Assembly: GCF_009914755.1 (NCBI RefSeq)
Contig: NC_060934.1
DNA from: the human T2T-CHM13v2.0 reference genome, Homo sapiens
Length of the DNA: 64,000 bases
Reading direction: 5' to 3' (one strand)
Part shown: piece after piece, positions 1 to 35,400 of the stretch
Numbering within the stretch: the first letter of the stretch is position 1
Layout of the letters: each line of letters opens with the position of its first letter
Translations under genes and position numbers: made by a program
The notes under the pieces: generated by a model
The model's input: the letters and a program-made list of their open reading frames with translations, nothing else
Database searches by the model: none
What the model was told of the DNA's origin: nothing

Positions 1-1851
<1,851 letters not shown>

Positions 1852-2454
1852 GACGCGGGGTTGGGACGGGGTCGGGTGGTTCGGGGCAGGGCGGTGGCCT
1901 CTCTTTCGCGGGGAACGCCTGGCTGGCTACGGAGGGGCGTGTCTCCGCCCCGCCCCCTCCACCGGGCTGACCGGCCTGGGATTCCTGCCTTCTAGGCCTA
2001 GGCCCGGTGAGAGACTCCACACAGCGGAGAACTGCCATTCTTTCCTGGGCATCCCGGGGATCCCAGAGCCGGCCCAGGTACCAGCAGGTGGGCCGCCTAC
2101 TGCGCACGCGCGGGTTTGCGGGCAGCCGCCTGGGCTGTGGGAGCAGCCCGGGCAGAGCTCTCCTGCCTCTCCACCAGCCCACCCCGCCGCCTGACCGCCC
2201 CCTCCCCACCCCCACCCCCCGCCCCCGGAAAACGCGTCGTCCCCTGGGCTGGGTGGAGACCCCCGTCCCGCGAAACACCGGGCCCCGCGCAGCGTCCGGG
2301 CCTGACACCGCTCCGGCGGCTCGCCTCCTCTGCGCCCCCGCGCCACCGTGGCCCGCCCGCCCGGGCCCCTGCAGCCGCCCAGGTGCCAGCACGGAGCGCC
2401 TGGCGGCGGAACGCAGACCCCAGGCCCGGCGCACACCGGGGACGCTGAGCGTTC

Positions 2455-2660
2455 CAGGCGGGAGGGAAGGCGGGCAGAGATGGAGAGAGGAACGGGAGAC
2501 CTAGAGGGGCGGAAGGATGGGCGGAGGGACGTTAGGAGGGAGGGAGGGAGGCAGGGAGGCAGGGAGGCAGGGAGGAACGGAGGGAAAGACAGAGCGACGC
2601 AGGGACTGGGGGCGGGCGGGAGGGAGCCGGGGACGGGGGGAGGAAGGCAGGGAGGAAAAG
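2455..2660 (+). repeat. Purine-rich GGGA/GGCA tract (LSau-associated part of D4Z4, G4-prone; recurs in each full unit)
   Basis: GGGAGGGAGGGAGGCAGGGAGGCAGGGAGG-type repeats. Confidence 0.65.
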
Positions 2661-2966
2661 CGGTCTTCGGCCTCCGGGAGTAGCGGGACCCCCGCCCTCC
2701 GGGGAAAACGGTCAGCGTCCGGCGCGGGCTGAGGGCTGGGCCCACAGCCGCCGCGCCGGCCGGCGGGACACCACCCATTCGCCCCGGTTCCGGGGCCCAG
2801 GGAGTGGGCGGTTTCCTCCGGGACAAAAGACCGGGACTCGGGTTGCCGTCGGGTTTTCACCCGCGCGGTTCACAGACCGCACATCCCCAGGCTGAGCCCT
2901 GCAACGCGGCGCGAGGCCGACAGCCCCGGCCACGGAGGAGCCACACGCAGGACGACGGAGGCGTGA

Positions 2967-5162
<2,196 letters not shown>

Positions 5163-6276
5163 GACGCGGGGTTGGGACGGGGTCGGGTGGTTCGGGGCAG
5201 GGCGGTGGCCTCTCTTTCGCGGGGAACGCCTGGCTGGCTACGGAGGGGCGTGTCTCCGCCCCGCCCCCTCCACCGGGCTGACCGGCCTGGGATTCCTGCC
5301 TTCTAGGCCTAGGCCCGGTGAGAGACTCCACACAGCGGAGAACTGCCATTCTTTCCTGGGCATCCCGGGGATCCCAGAGCCGGCCCAGGTACCAGCAGGT
5401 GGGCCGCCTACTGCGCACGCGCGGGTTTGCGGGCAGCCGCCTGGGCTGTGGGAGCAGCCCGGGCAGAGCTCTCCTGCCTCTCCACCAGCCCACCCCGCCG
5501 CCTGACCGCCCCCTCCCCACCCCCACCCCCCGCCCCCGGAAAACGCGTCGTCCCCTGGGCTGGGTGGAGACCCCCGTCCCGCGAAACACCGGGCCCCGCG
5601 CAGCGTCCGGGCCTGACACCGCTCCGGCGGCTCGCCTCCTCTGCGCCCCCGCGCCACCGTGGCCCGCCCGCCCGGGCCCCTGCAGCCGCCCAGGTGCCAG
5701 CACGGAGCGCCTGGCGGCGGAACGCAGACCCCAGGCCCGGCGCACACCGGGGACGCTGAGCGTTCCAGGCGGGAGGGAAGGCGGGCAGAGATGGAGAGAG
5801 GAACGGGAGACCTAGAGGGGCGGAAGGATGGGCGGAGGGACGTTAGGAGGGAGGGAGGGAGGCAGGGAGGCAGGGAGGCAGGGAGGAACGGAGGGAAAGA
5901 CAGAGCGACGCAGGGACTGGGGGCGGGCGGGAGGGAGCCGGGGACGGGGGGAGGAAGGCAGGGAGGAAAAGCGGTCTTCGGCCTCCGGGAGTAGCGGGAC
6001 CCCCGCCCTCCGGGAAAACGGTCAGCGTCCGGCGCGGGCTGAGGGCTGGGCCCACAGCCGCCGCGCCGGCCGGCGGGACACCACCCATTCGCCCCGGTTC
6101 CGGGGCCCAGGGAGTGGGCGGTTTCCTCCGGGACAAAAGACCGGGACTCGGGTTGCCGTCGGGTTTTCACCCGCGCGGTTCACAGACCGCACATCCCCAG
6201 GCTGAGCCCTGCAACGCGGCGCGAGGCCGACAGCCCCGGCCACGGAGGAGCCACACGCAGGACGACGGAGGCGTGA

Positions 6277-8472
<2,196 letters not shown>

Positions 8473-9586
8473 GACGCGGGGTTGGGACGGGGTCGGGTGG
8501 TTCGGGGCAGGGCGGTGGCCTCTCTTTCGCGGGGAACGCCTGGCTGGCTACGGAGGGGCGTGTCTCCGCCCCGCCCCCTCCACCGGGCTGACCGGCCTGG
8601 GATTCCTGCCTTCTAGGCCTAGGCCCGGTGAGAGACTCCACACAGCGGAGAACTGCCATTCTTTCCTGGGCATCCCGGGGATCCCAGAGCCGGCCCAGGT
8701 ACCAGCAGGTGGGCCGCCTACTGCGCACGCGCGGGTTTGCGGGCAGCCGCCTGGGCTGTGGGAGCAGCCCGGGCAGAGCTCTCCTGCCTCTCCACCAGCC
8801 CACCCCGCCGCCTGACCGCCCCCTCCCCACCCCCACCCCCCGCCCCCGGAAAACGCGTCGTCCCCTGGGCTGGGTGGAGACCCCCGTCCCGCGAAACACC
8901 GGGCCCCGCGCAGCGTCCGGGCCTGACACCGCTCCGGCGGCTCGCCTCCTCTGCGCCCCCGCGCCACCGTCGCCCGCCCGCCCGGGCCCCTGCAGCCGCC
9001 CAGGTGCCAGCACGGAGCGCCTGGCGGCGGAACGCAGACCCCAGGCCCGGCGCACACCGGGGACGCTGAGCGTTCCAGGCGGGAGGGAAGGCGGGCAGAG
9101 ATGGAGAGAGGAACGGGAGACCTAGAGGGGCGGAAGGATGGGCGGAGGGACGTTAGGAGGGAGGGAGGGAGGCAGGGAGGCAGGGAGGCAGGGAGGAACG
9201 GAGGGAAAGACAGAGCGACGCAGGGACTGGGGGCGGGCGGGAGGGAGCCGGGGACGGGGGGAGGAAGGCAGGGAGGAAAAGCGGTCTTCGGCCTCCGGGA
9301 GTAGCGGGACCCCCGCCCTCCGGGAAAACGGTCAGCGTCCGGCGCGGGCTGAGGGCTGGGCCCACAGCCGCCGCGCCGGCCGGCGGGGCACCACCCATTC
9401 GCCCCGGTTCCGGGGCCCAGGGAGTGGGCGGTTTCCTCCGGGACAAAAGACCGGGACTCGGGTTGCCGTCGGGTTTTCACCCGCGCGGTTCACAGACCGC
9501 ACATCCCCAGGCTGAGCCCTGCAACGCGGCGCGAGGCCGACAGCCCCGGCCACGGAGGAGCCACACGCAGGACGACGGAGGCGTGA

Positions 9587-11782
<2,196 letters not shown>

Positions 11783-12896
11783 GACGCGGGGTTGGGACGG
11801 GGTCGGGTGGTTCGGGGCAGGGCGGTGGCCTCTCTTTCGCGGGGAACGCCTGGCTGGCTACGGAGGGGCGTGTCTCCGCCCCGCCCCCTCCACCGGGCTG
11901 ACCGGCCTGGGATTCCTGCCTTCTAGGCCTAGGCCCGGTGAGAGACTCCACACAGCGGAGAACTGCCATTCTTTCCTGGGCATCCCGGGGATCCCAGAGC
12001 CGGCCCAGGTACCAGCAGGTGGGCCGCCTACTGCGCACGCGCGGGTTTGCGGGCAGCCGCCTGGGCTGTGGGAGCAGCCCGGGCAGAGCTCTCCTGCCTC
12101 TCCACCAGCCCACCCCGCCGCCTGACCGCCCCCTCCCCACCCCCACCCCCCGCCCCCGGAAAACGCGTCGTCCCCTGGGCTGGGTGGAGACCCCCGTCCC
12201 GCGAAACACCGGGCCCCGCGCAGCGTCCGGGCCTGACACCGCTCCGGCGGCTCGCCTCCTCTGCGCCCCCGCGCCACCGTCGCCCACCCGCCCGGGCCCC
12301 TGCAGCCGCCCAGGTGCCAGCACGGAGCGCCTGGCGGCGGAACGCAGACCCCAGGCCCGGCGCACACCGGGGACGCTGAGCGTTCCAGGCGGGAGGGAAG
12401 GCGGGCAGAGATGGAGAGAGGAACGGGAGACCTAGAGGGGCGGAAGGATGGGCGGAGGGACGTTAGGAGGGAGGGAGGGAGGCAGGGAGGCAGGGAGGCA
12501 GGGAGGAACGGAGGGAAAGACAGAGCGACGCAGGGACTGGGGGCGGGCGGGAGGGAGCCGGGGACGGGGGGAGGAAGGCAGGGAGGAAAAGCGGTCTTCG
12601 GCCTCCGGGAGTAGCGGGACCCCCGCCCTCCGGGAAAACGGTCAGCGTCCGGCGCGGGCTGAGGGCTGGGCCCACAGCCGCCGCGCCGGCCGGCGGGGCA
12701 CCACCCATTCGCCCCGGTTCCGGGGCCCAGGGAGTGGGCGGTTTCCTCCGGGACAAAAGACCGGGACTCGGGTTGCCGTCGGGTTTTCACCCGCGCGGTT
12801 CACAGACCGCACATCCCCAGGCTGAGCCCTGCAACGCGGCGCGAGGCCGACAGCCCCGGCCACGGAGGAGCCACACGCAGGACGACGGAGGCGTGA

Positions 12897-15092
<2,196 letters not shown>

Positions 15093-16206
15093 GACGCGGG
15101 GTTGGGACGGGGTCGGGTGGTTCGGGGCAGGGCGGTGGCCTCTCTTTCGCGGGGAACGCCTGGCTGGCTACGGAGGGGCGTGTCTCCGCCCCGCCCCCTC
15201 CACCGGGCTGACCGGCCTGGGATTCCTGCCTTCTAGGCCTAGGCCCGGTGAGAGACTCCACACAGCGGAGAACTGCCATTCTTTCCTGGGCATCCCGGGG
15301 ATCCCAGAGCCGGCCCAGGTACCAGCAGGTGGGCCGCCTACTGCGCACGCGCGGGTTTGCGGGCAGCCGCCTGGGCTGTGGGAGCAGCCCGGGCAGAGCT
15401 CTCCTGCCTCTCCACCAGCCCACCCCACCGCCTGACCGCCCCCTCCCCACCCCCACCCCCCGCCCCCGGAAAACGCGTCGTCCCCTGGGCTGGGTGGAGA
15501 CCCCCGTCCCGCGAAACACCGGGCCCCGCGCAGCGTCCGGGCCTGACACCGCTCCGGCGGCTCGCCTCCTCTGCGCCCCCGCGCCACCGTGGCCCGCCCG
15601 CCCGGGCCCCTGCAGCCGCCCAGGTGCCAGCACGGAGCGCCTGGAGGCGGAACGCAGACCCCAGGCCCGGCGCACACCGGGGACGCTGAGCGTTCCAGGC
15701 GGGAGGCAAGGCGGGCAGAGATGGAGAGAGGAACGGGAGACCTAGAGGGGCGGAAGGATGGGCGGAGGGACGTTAGGAGGGAGGGAGGGAGGCAGGGAGG
15801 CAGGGAGGCAGGGAGGAACGGAGGGAAAGACAGAGCGACGCAGGGACTGGGGGCGGGCGGGAGGGAGCCGGGGACGGGGGGAGGAAGGCAGGGAGGAAAA
15901 GCGGTCTTCGGCCTCCGGGAGTAGCGGGACCCCCGCCCTCCGGGAAAACGGTCAGCGTCCGGCGCGGGCTGAGGGCTGGGCCCACAGCCGCCGCGCCGGC
16001 CGGCGGGGCACCACCCATTCGCCCCGGTTCCGGGGCCCAGGGAGTGGGCGGTTTCCTCCGGGACAAAAGACCGGGACTCGGGTTGCCGTCGGGTTTTCAC
16101 CCGCGCGGTTCACAGACCGCACATCCCCAGGCTGAGCCCTGCAACGCGGCGCGAGGCCGACAGCCCCGGCCACGGAGGAGCCACACGCAGGACGACGGAG
16201 GCGTGA

Positions 16207-18402
<2,196 letters not shown>

Positions 18403-19516
18403 GACGCGGGGTTGGGACGGGGTCGGGTGGTTCGGGGCAGGGCGGTGGCCTCTCTTTCGCGGGGAACGCCTGGCTGGCTACGGAGGGGCGTGTCTCCGCC
18501 CCGCCCCCTCCACCGGGCTGACCGGCCTGGGATTCCTGCCTTCTAGGCCTAGGCCCGGTGAGAGACTCCACACAGCGGAGAACTGCCATTCTTTCCTGGG
18601 CATCCCGGGGATCCCAGAGCCGGCCCAGGTACCAGCAGGTGGGCCGCCTACTGCGCACGCGCGGGTTTGCGGGCAGCCGCCTGGGCTGTGGGAGCAGCCC
18701 GGGCAGAGCTCTCCTGCCTCTCCACCAGCCCACCCCACCGCCTGACCGCCCCCTCCCCACCCCCACCCCCCGCCCCCGGAAAACGCGTCGTCCCCTGGGC
18801 TGGGTGGAGACCCCCGTCCCGCGAAACACCGGGCCCCGCGCAGCGTCCGGGCCTGACACCGCTCCGGCGGCTCGCCTCCTCTGCGCCCCCGCGCCACCGT
18901 GGCCCGCCCGCCCGGGCCCCTGCAGCCGCCCAGGTGCCAGCACGGAGCGCCTGGAGGCGGAACGCAGACCCCAGGCCCGGCGCACACCGGGGACGCTGAG
19001 CGTTCCAGGCGGGAGGGAAGGCGGGCAGAGATGGAGAGAGGAACGGGAGACCTAGAGGGGCGGAAGGATGGGCGGAGGGACGTTAGGAGGGAGGGAGGGA
19101 GGCAGGGAGGCAGGGAGGCAGGGAGGAACGGAGGGAAAGACAGAGCGACGCAGGGACTGGGGGCGGGCGGGAGGGAGCCGGGGACGGGGGGAGGAAGGCA
19201 GGGAGGAAAAGCGGTCTTCGGCCTCCGGGAGTAGCGGGACCCCCGCCCTCCGGGAAAACGGTCAGCGTCCGGCGCGGGCTGAGGGCTGGGCCCACAGCCG
19301 CCGCGCCGGCCGGCGGGGCACCACCCATTCGCCCCGGTTCCGGGGCCCAGGGAGTGGGCGGTTTCCTCCGGGACAAAAGACCGGGACTCGGGTTGCCGTC
19401 GGGTTTTCACCCGCGCGGTTCACAGACCGCACATCCCCAGGCTGAGCCCTGCAACGCGGCGCGAGGCCGACAGCCCCGGCCACGGAGGAGCCACACGCAG
19501 GACGACGGAGGCGTGA

Positions 19517-21712
<2,196 letters not shown>

Positions 21713-22826
21713 GACGCGGGGTTGGGACGGGGTCGGGTGGTTCGGGGCAGGGCGGTGGCCTCTCTTTCGCGGGGAACGCCTGGCTGGCTACGGAGGGGCG
21801 TGTCTCCGCCCCGCCCCCTCCACCGGGCTGACCGGCCTGGGATTCCTGCCTTCTAGGCCTAGGCCCGGTGAGAGACTCCACACAGCGGAGAACTGCCATT
21901 CTTTCCTGGGCATCCCGGGGATCCCAGAGCCGGCCCAGGTACCAGCAGGTGGGCCGCCTACTGCGCACGCGCGGGTTTGCGGGCAGCCGCCTGGGCTGTG
22001 GGAGCAGCCCGGGCAGAGCTCTCCTGCCTCTCCACCAGCCCACCCCGCCGCCTGACCGCCCCCTCCCCACCCCCACCCCCCGCCCCCGGAAAACGCGTCG
22101 TCCCCTGGGCTGGGTGGAGACCCCCGTCCCGCGAAACACCGGGCCCCGCGCAGCGTCCGGGCCTGACACCGCTCCGGCGGCTCGCCTCCTCTGCGCCCCC
22201 GCGCCACCGTCGCCCGCCCGCCCGGGCCCCTGCAGCCGCCCAGGTGCCAGCACGGAGCGCCTGGCGGCGGAACGCAGACCCCAGGCCCGGCGCACACCGG
22301 GGACGCTGAGCGTTCCAGGCGGGAGGGAAGGCGGGCAGAGATGGAGAGAGGAACGGGAGACCTAGAGGGGCGGAAGGATGGGCGGAGGGACGTTAGGAGG
22401 GAGGGAGGGAGGCAGGGAGGCAGGGAGGCAGGGAGGAACGGAGGGAAAGACAGAGCGACGCAGGGACTGGGGGCGGGCGGGAGGGAGCCGGGGACGGGGG
22501 GAGGAAGGCAGGGAGGAAAAGCGGTCTTCGGCCTCCGGGAGTAGCGGGACCCCCGCCCTCCGGGAAAACGGTCAGCGTCCGGCGCGGGCTGAGGGCTGGG
22601 CCCACAGCCGCCGCGCCGGCCGGCGGGACACCACCCATTCGCCCCGGTTCCGGGGCCCAGGGAGTGGGCGGTTTCCTCCGGGACAAAAGACCGGGACTCG
22701 GGTTGCCGTCGGGTTTTCACCCGCGCGGTTCACAGACCGCACATCCCCAGGCTGAGCCCTGCAACGCGGCGCGAGGCCGACAGCCCCGGCCACGGAGGAG
22801 CCACACGCAGGACGACGGAGGCGTGA

Positions 22827-25022
<2,196 letters not shown>

Positions 25023-26136
25023 GACGCGGGGTTGGGACGGGGTCGGGTGGTTCGGGGCAGGGCGGTGGCCTCTCTTTCGCGGGGAACGCCTGGCTGGCTA
25101 CGGAGGGGCGTGTCTCCGCCCCGCCCCCTCCACCGGGCTGACCGGCCTGGGATTCCTGCCTTCTAGGCCTAGGCCCGGTGAGAGACTCCACACAGCGGAG
25201 AACTGCCATTCTTTCCTGGGCATCCCGGGGATCCCAGAGCCGGCCCAGGTACCAGCAGGTGGGCCGCCTACTGCGCACGCGCGGGTTTGCGGGCAGCCGC
25301 CTGGGCTGTGGGAGCAGCCCGGGCAGAGCTCTCCTGCCTCTCCACCAGCCCACCCCGCCGCCTGACCGCCCCCTCCCCACCCCCACCCCCCGCCCCCGGA
25401 AAACGCGTCGTCCCCTGGGCTGGGTGGAGACCCCCGTCCCGCGAAACACCGGGCCCCGCGCAGCGTCCGGGCCTGACACCGCTCCGGCGGCTCGCCTCCT
25501 CTGCGCCCCCGCGCCACCGTGGCCCGCCCGCCCGGGCCCCTGCAGCCGCCCAGGTGCCAGCACGGAGCGCCTGGCGGCGGAACGCAGACCCCAGGCCCGG
25601 CGCACACCGGGGACGCTGAGCGTTCCAGGCGGGAGGGAAGGCGGGCAGAGATGGAGAGAGGAACGGGAGACCTAGAGGGGCGGAAGGATGGGCGGAGGGA
25701 CGTTAGGAGGGAGGGAGGGAGGCAGGGAGGCAGGGAGGCAGGGAGGAACGGAGGGAAAGACAGAGCGACGCAGGGACTGGGGGCGGGCGGGAGGGAGCCG
25801 GGGACGGGGGGAGGAAGGCAGGGAGGAAAAGCGGTCTTCGGCCTCCGGGAGTAGCGGGACCCCCGCCCTCCGGGAAAACGGTCAGCGTCCGGCGCGGGCT
25901 GAGGGCTGGGCCCACAGCCGCCGCGCCGGCCGGCGGGACACCACCCATTCGCCCCGGTTCCGGGGCCCAGGGAGTGGGCGGTTTCCTCCGGGACAAAAGA
26001 CCGGGACTCGGGTTGCCGTCGGGTTTTCACCCGCGCGGTTCACAGACCGCACATCCCCAGGCTGAGCCCTGCAACGCGGCGCGAGGCCGACAGCCCCGGC
26101 CACGGAGGAGCCACACGCAGGACGACGGAGGCGTGA

Positions 26137-28332
<2,196 letters not shown>

Positions 28333-29446
28333 GACGCGGGGTTGGGACGGGGTCGGGTGGTTCGGGGCAGGGCGGTGGCCTCTCTTTCGCGGGGAACGCC
28401 TGGCTGGCTACGGAGGGGCGTGTCTCCGCCCCGCCCCCTCCACCGGGCTGACCGGCCTGGGATTCCTGCCTTCTAGGCCTAGGCCCGGTGAGAGACTCCA
28501 CACAGCGGAGAACTGCCATTCTTTCCTGGGCATCCCGGGGATCCCAGAGCCGGCCCAGGTACCAGCAGGTGGGCCGCCTACTGCGCACGCGCGGGTTTGC
28601 GGGCAGCCGCCTGGGCTGTGGGAGCAGCCCGGGCAGAGCTCTCCTGCCTCTCCACCAGCCCACCCCGCCGCCTGACCGCCCCCTCCCCACCCCCACCCCC
28701 CGCCCCCGGAAAACGCGTCGTCCCCTGGGCTGGGTGGAGACCCCCGTCCCGCGAAACACCGGGCCCCGCGCAGCGTCCGGGCCTGACACCGCTCCGGCGG
28801 CTCGCCTCCTCTGCGCCCCCGCGCCACCGTGGCCCGCCCGCCCGGGCCCCTGCAGCCGCCCAGGTGCCAGCACGGAGCGCCTGGAGGCGGAACGCAGACC
28901 CCAGGCCCGGCGCACACCGGGGACGCTGAGCGTTCCAGGCGGGAGGGAAGGCGGGCAGAGATGGAGAGAGGAACGGGAGACCTAGAGGGGCGGAAGGATG
29001 GGCGGAGGGACGTTAGGAGGGAGGGAGGGAGGCAGGGAGGCAGGGAGGCAGGGAGGAACGGAGGGAAAGACAGAGCGACGCAGGGACTGGGGGCGGGCGG
29101 GAGGGAGCCGGGGACGGGGGGAGGAAGGCAGGGAGGAAAAGCGGTCTTCGGCCTCCGGGAGTAGCGGGACCCCCGCCCTCCGGGAAAACGGTCAGCGTCC
29201 GGCGCGGGCTGAGGGCTGGGCCCACAGCCGCCGCGCCGGCCGGCGGGGCACCACCCATTCGCCCCGGTTCCGGGGCCCAGGGAGTGGGCGGTTTCCTCCG
29301 GGACAAAAGACCGGGACTCGGGTTGCCGTCGGGTTTTCACCCGCGCGGTTCACAGACCGCACATCCCCAGGCTGAGCCCTGCAACGCGGCGCGAGGCCGA
29401 CAGCCCCGGCCACGGAGGAGCCACACGCAGGACGACGGAGGCGTGA

Positions 29447-31642
<2,196 letters not shown>

Positions 31643-32197
31643 GACGCGGGGTTGGGACGGGGTCGGGTGGTTCGGGGCAGGGCGGTGGCCTCTCTTTCGC
31701 GGGGAACGCCTGGCTGGCTACGGAGGGGCGTGTCTCCGCCCCGCCCCCTCCACCGGGCTGACCGGCCTGGGATTCCTGCCTTCTAGGCCTAGGCCCGGTG
31801 AGAGACTCCACACAGCGGAGAACTGCCATTCTTTCCTGGGCATCCCGGGGATCCCAGAGCCGGCCCAGGTACCAGCAGGTGGGCCGCCTACTGCGCACGC
31901 GCGGGTTTGCGGGCAGCCGCCTGGGCTGTGGGAGCAGCCCGGGCAGAGCTCTCCTGCCTCTCCACCAGCCCACCCCGCCGCCTGACCGCCCCCTCCCCAC
32001 CCCCACCCCCCGCCCCCGGAAAACGCGTCGTCCCCTGGGCTGGGTGGAGACCCCCGTCCCGCGAAACACCGGGCCCCGCGCAGCGTCCGGGCCTGACACC
32101 GCTCCGGCGGCTCGCCTCCTCTGCGCCCCCGCGCCACCGTCGCCCGCCCGCCCGGGCCCCTGCAGCCGCCCAGGTGCCAGCACGGAGCGCCTGGCGG

Positions 32198-32450
32198 TCA
32201 AAAGCATACCTCTGTCTGTCTTTGCCCGCTTCCTGGCTAGACCTGCGCGCAGTGCGCACCCCGGGTGACGTGCAAGGGAGCTCGCTGGCCTCTCTGTGCC
32301 CTTGTTCGTCCGTGAAATTCTGGCTGAATCTCTCCCCCCACCTTCCGAGGCTGTCTAGGCAAACCTGGATTAGAGTTACATCTCCTGGATGATTAGTTCA
32401 GAGATATATCAAAATTCCCCCTCCCTGTGGATCCTATAGAGGATTTGCAT
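32198..32450 (+). other. pLAM region containing DUX4 non-coding exon 3 (acceptor AG at 32239-32240)
   Basis: TTCCTGGCTAG/ACCTGCGCGCAG directly after the truncated last D4Z4 unit. Marks an A-type distal end. Confidence 0.9.
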
Positions 32451-35400
32451 CTTTTGTGTGATCAGTGCAGAGATATGTCACAATATCCCCTGTAGAAAAA
32501 GCCTGAAATTGATTTACATAACTTCGGTGATCAGTGCAGATGTGTTTCAGAACTCCATAGTAGACTGAACCTAGAGAATGGTTACATCACTTAGGTGATC
32601 AGTGTAGAGATATGTTAAAATTCTCGTGTAGACAGAGCCTAGACAATTGTTACATCACCTAGTGATCAGTGCAGGGATAAGTCATAAAGCCTCCTGTAGG
32701 CAGAGTGTAGGCAAGTGTTCCCTGCCTGGGCTGATCAGTGCAGAGATATCTCACAAAGCCCCTATAAGCCAAACCTTGACAAGGGTTACATCACCTGTTT
32801 GATCAGTGGAAATATATATCACAAAGCCCCCTGTAGACAAAGCCCAGACAATTTTTACATCTCCTGAGTGAGCATTGGAGAGATCTGTCACAATGCCCCT
32901 GTAGGCAGAGCTGAGACAAGTGTTACATCATCTGGGTGATCAGTGCAGAGATATGTCAAAACGCTCCTGTAGGCTGAACCTAGACAGGAGTTACATCACC
33001 TGGGGGATCAGTGCAGAGATACGTGAGAATTCCCTTGTAGGCAGGGCCTAGACAAGTGTTACATCACCTAGGTTATCAGTGCAGAGATATGTGAGAATTC
33101 CCGTGTAGGCAGAGCCTAGACAAGTGTTACATCACCTAGTTTATCAGTGTAATTATTAGTCATAAAGCCTCCTGTAGGCAGAGCGTAGACAAGAGTTCCC
33201 TCCTCAGGATGATCAGTGCAGAGATGTGTCACAAAGCCCCTGTAGGCAGAGCCTAGACAAGAGTTTCATCACTTGGTTGATCAGTTCAGAGATGTGTCAG
33301 AATGTCCATGTAGGCAGATCTAAGACAAGCGTCCATCACCTGGGTGATCAGTGCAGAGATATGTACCAGTGTCCCCTGTAGGCAGTGCCTAGACAAGAGT
33401 TGAATCACCTCAGAGATCAGTGCATAGATATGTCACAAAGCCTTCTGTAGGCAAAGCCCATACAAGGTTTACATCACCTAGGTGATCAGTGCAGTGATAT
33501 GTCACAAAAATCCCTGTAGACAGAGCCTAGACAAGAGTTACTTCACCTGGGTGATCAGTGCAGATATTTGACACAATGCCCCCATAGACAGAGCCTAGGC
33601 AAGACTTCCATCACCTGGGTGATCAGTGCAGAGATATGTCACAAATCCCCCTCTAGGCAGAGTATAGAGAAGAGTCCCATCACCTGGGTGATCAGTGCAG
33701 AGATATTTCACAATGCCCCCTGTAGGCAGAGAGTGGACAAGAGTTACATCACCTAGATGATCTGTGCAGAGCTATGTCAAAACGCCCCTGTAGGCAGAGC
33801 CTAGATGAGTGTTACATCACCTGGGTGATCATTGCAGAGATACGTCACAATACCCCCTGTAGGTGGGGCCTAGACAAGAGTTACATCACCTGGGTGATCA
33901 GTACAGAAATATGTCACAAAGCCCCTGTAGGCAGAGCCTAGACAAGAGTTACATCACCTGGGTTATCAGTGCAGAAATATGTCACAAAGCCCCTGTAGGT
34001 CGAGTCTAGACAAGAGTTACATCTCCTGGGTGATCAGTGCAAAGATATGTCACAAAGCCCCCTGTAGACAAATCCCAGAAAATTGTTACATCACCTGGGT
34101 GATCAGTGGAGATATGTGTCACAATTCCCCTTTAGGCACAGCTTAGACAAGCGTTACATCACATGAGTGATCATTGCAGAGTTATGTCACTATGCCCCCA
34201 TAGGCAGATCCAAGACAAGAGTCCATCACCTGGGTGATCAGTGCAGAAATATGCCACAATGCCGCCAGTAGGCAGATATAGACAAGAGTTACATCACCTG
34301 CGTGATCACTGCAGAGATATATCACAATGCCCCTGTAGGCAGAGCCTAGACAAGAGTCCCATCACCTGGGTGATCAGTGCAGAGTTATGTCACAATGCCC
34401 CTTTTTGGCAGAGCCTAGACAAGGGTTACATCACCTGGGTGATCAGTGCAGAGATATGTCACAATGTCCCTGTAGCCATATCCTTGACAAAAGTGACATC
34501 ACCTGGGTGATCAGTGCGGAGATATGTCACAATGTCTCCAGTAGGCAGAGCCTAGACAAGAGTTACATCACCTGGGTGATCAGGGCAGAGATATGTCACA
34601 ATGCCCCCTGTAAGCAGATCCCAGACAAGAGTTGCATCACCTCGGTGATCAGTGCAGAGATACGTCACAATGCCCCTGTAGGCAGAGCCTAGACAAGAGT
34701 TACATAACCCAGGTGATCCGTGCAGAGTGATGTCACAACGTCCTCTGTAGGCAGAGACTAGAAAAGAGTTACATTACCTGGGTGATCAGTGCAGAGATAT
34801 GTCACAATGCCCCCTGTAGGCAGAGCATAGAGAAGAGTTGCATCACCTGGGTGATCAGTGTAGAGATATGTCACAATGTCCCCTGTAGGCAGAGCACAGA
34901 GAAGAGTTGCACCACCTGGGTGATCAGTGCAGAGATATGTCACAATGTCCCCTGTAGGCAAAGCCTAGGCAAGAGTTACATCACCTTTGTCATCAGTTCA
35001 GGGATATGTGAAAACGCCCCTGTAGGCAGAGCTTAGACAAGAGTTACATCACCTAGTTGATCAGTGCAGAGATATTTCACAATACCCCCTGTAGGCAGAT
35101 CCTAGACAAGAGTTGCATCACCTGGGTGATCAGTGCAGAGATATTTCACAACGCCCCCTGTAGGCAGAGGGTAGACAAGAGTTACATCACCTAGGTGATC
35201 AGTGCAGAGATTTGTCGAAATTCCCTGTAGGCAGTGCTTATAAAAGTGTTACATCACCTAAGTGATCAGTGCAGAGATATGTCACAAAGCTCCTGTAGGC
35301 AGAGCTTAGATGAGTTACATCACCTGGGTGATCAGAGCAAAGGTATGTCACAAAGCCCCCTGTAGGCCAAAGCCTAGACAATAGTTACATCACTTGGGTG

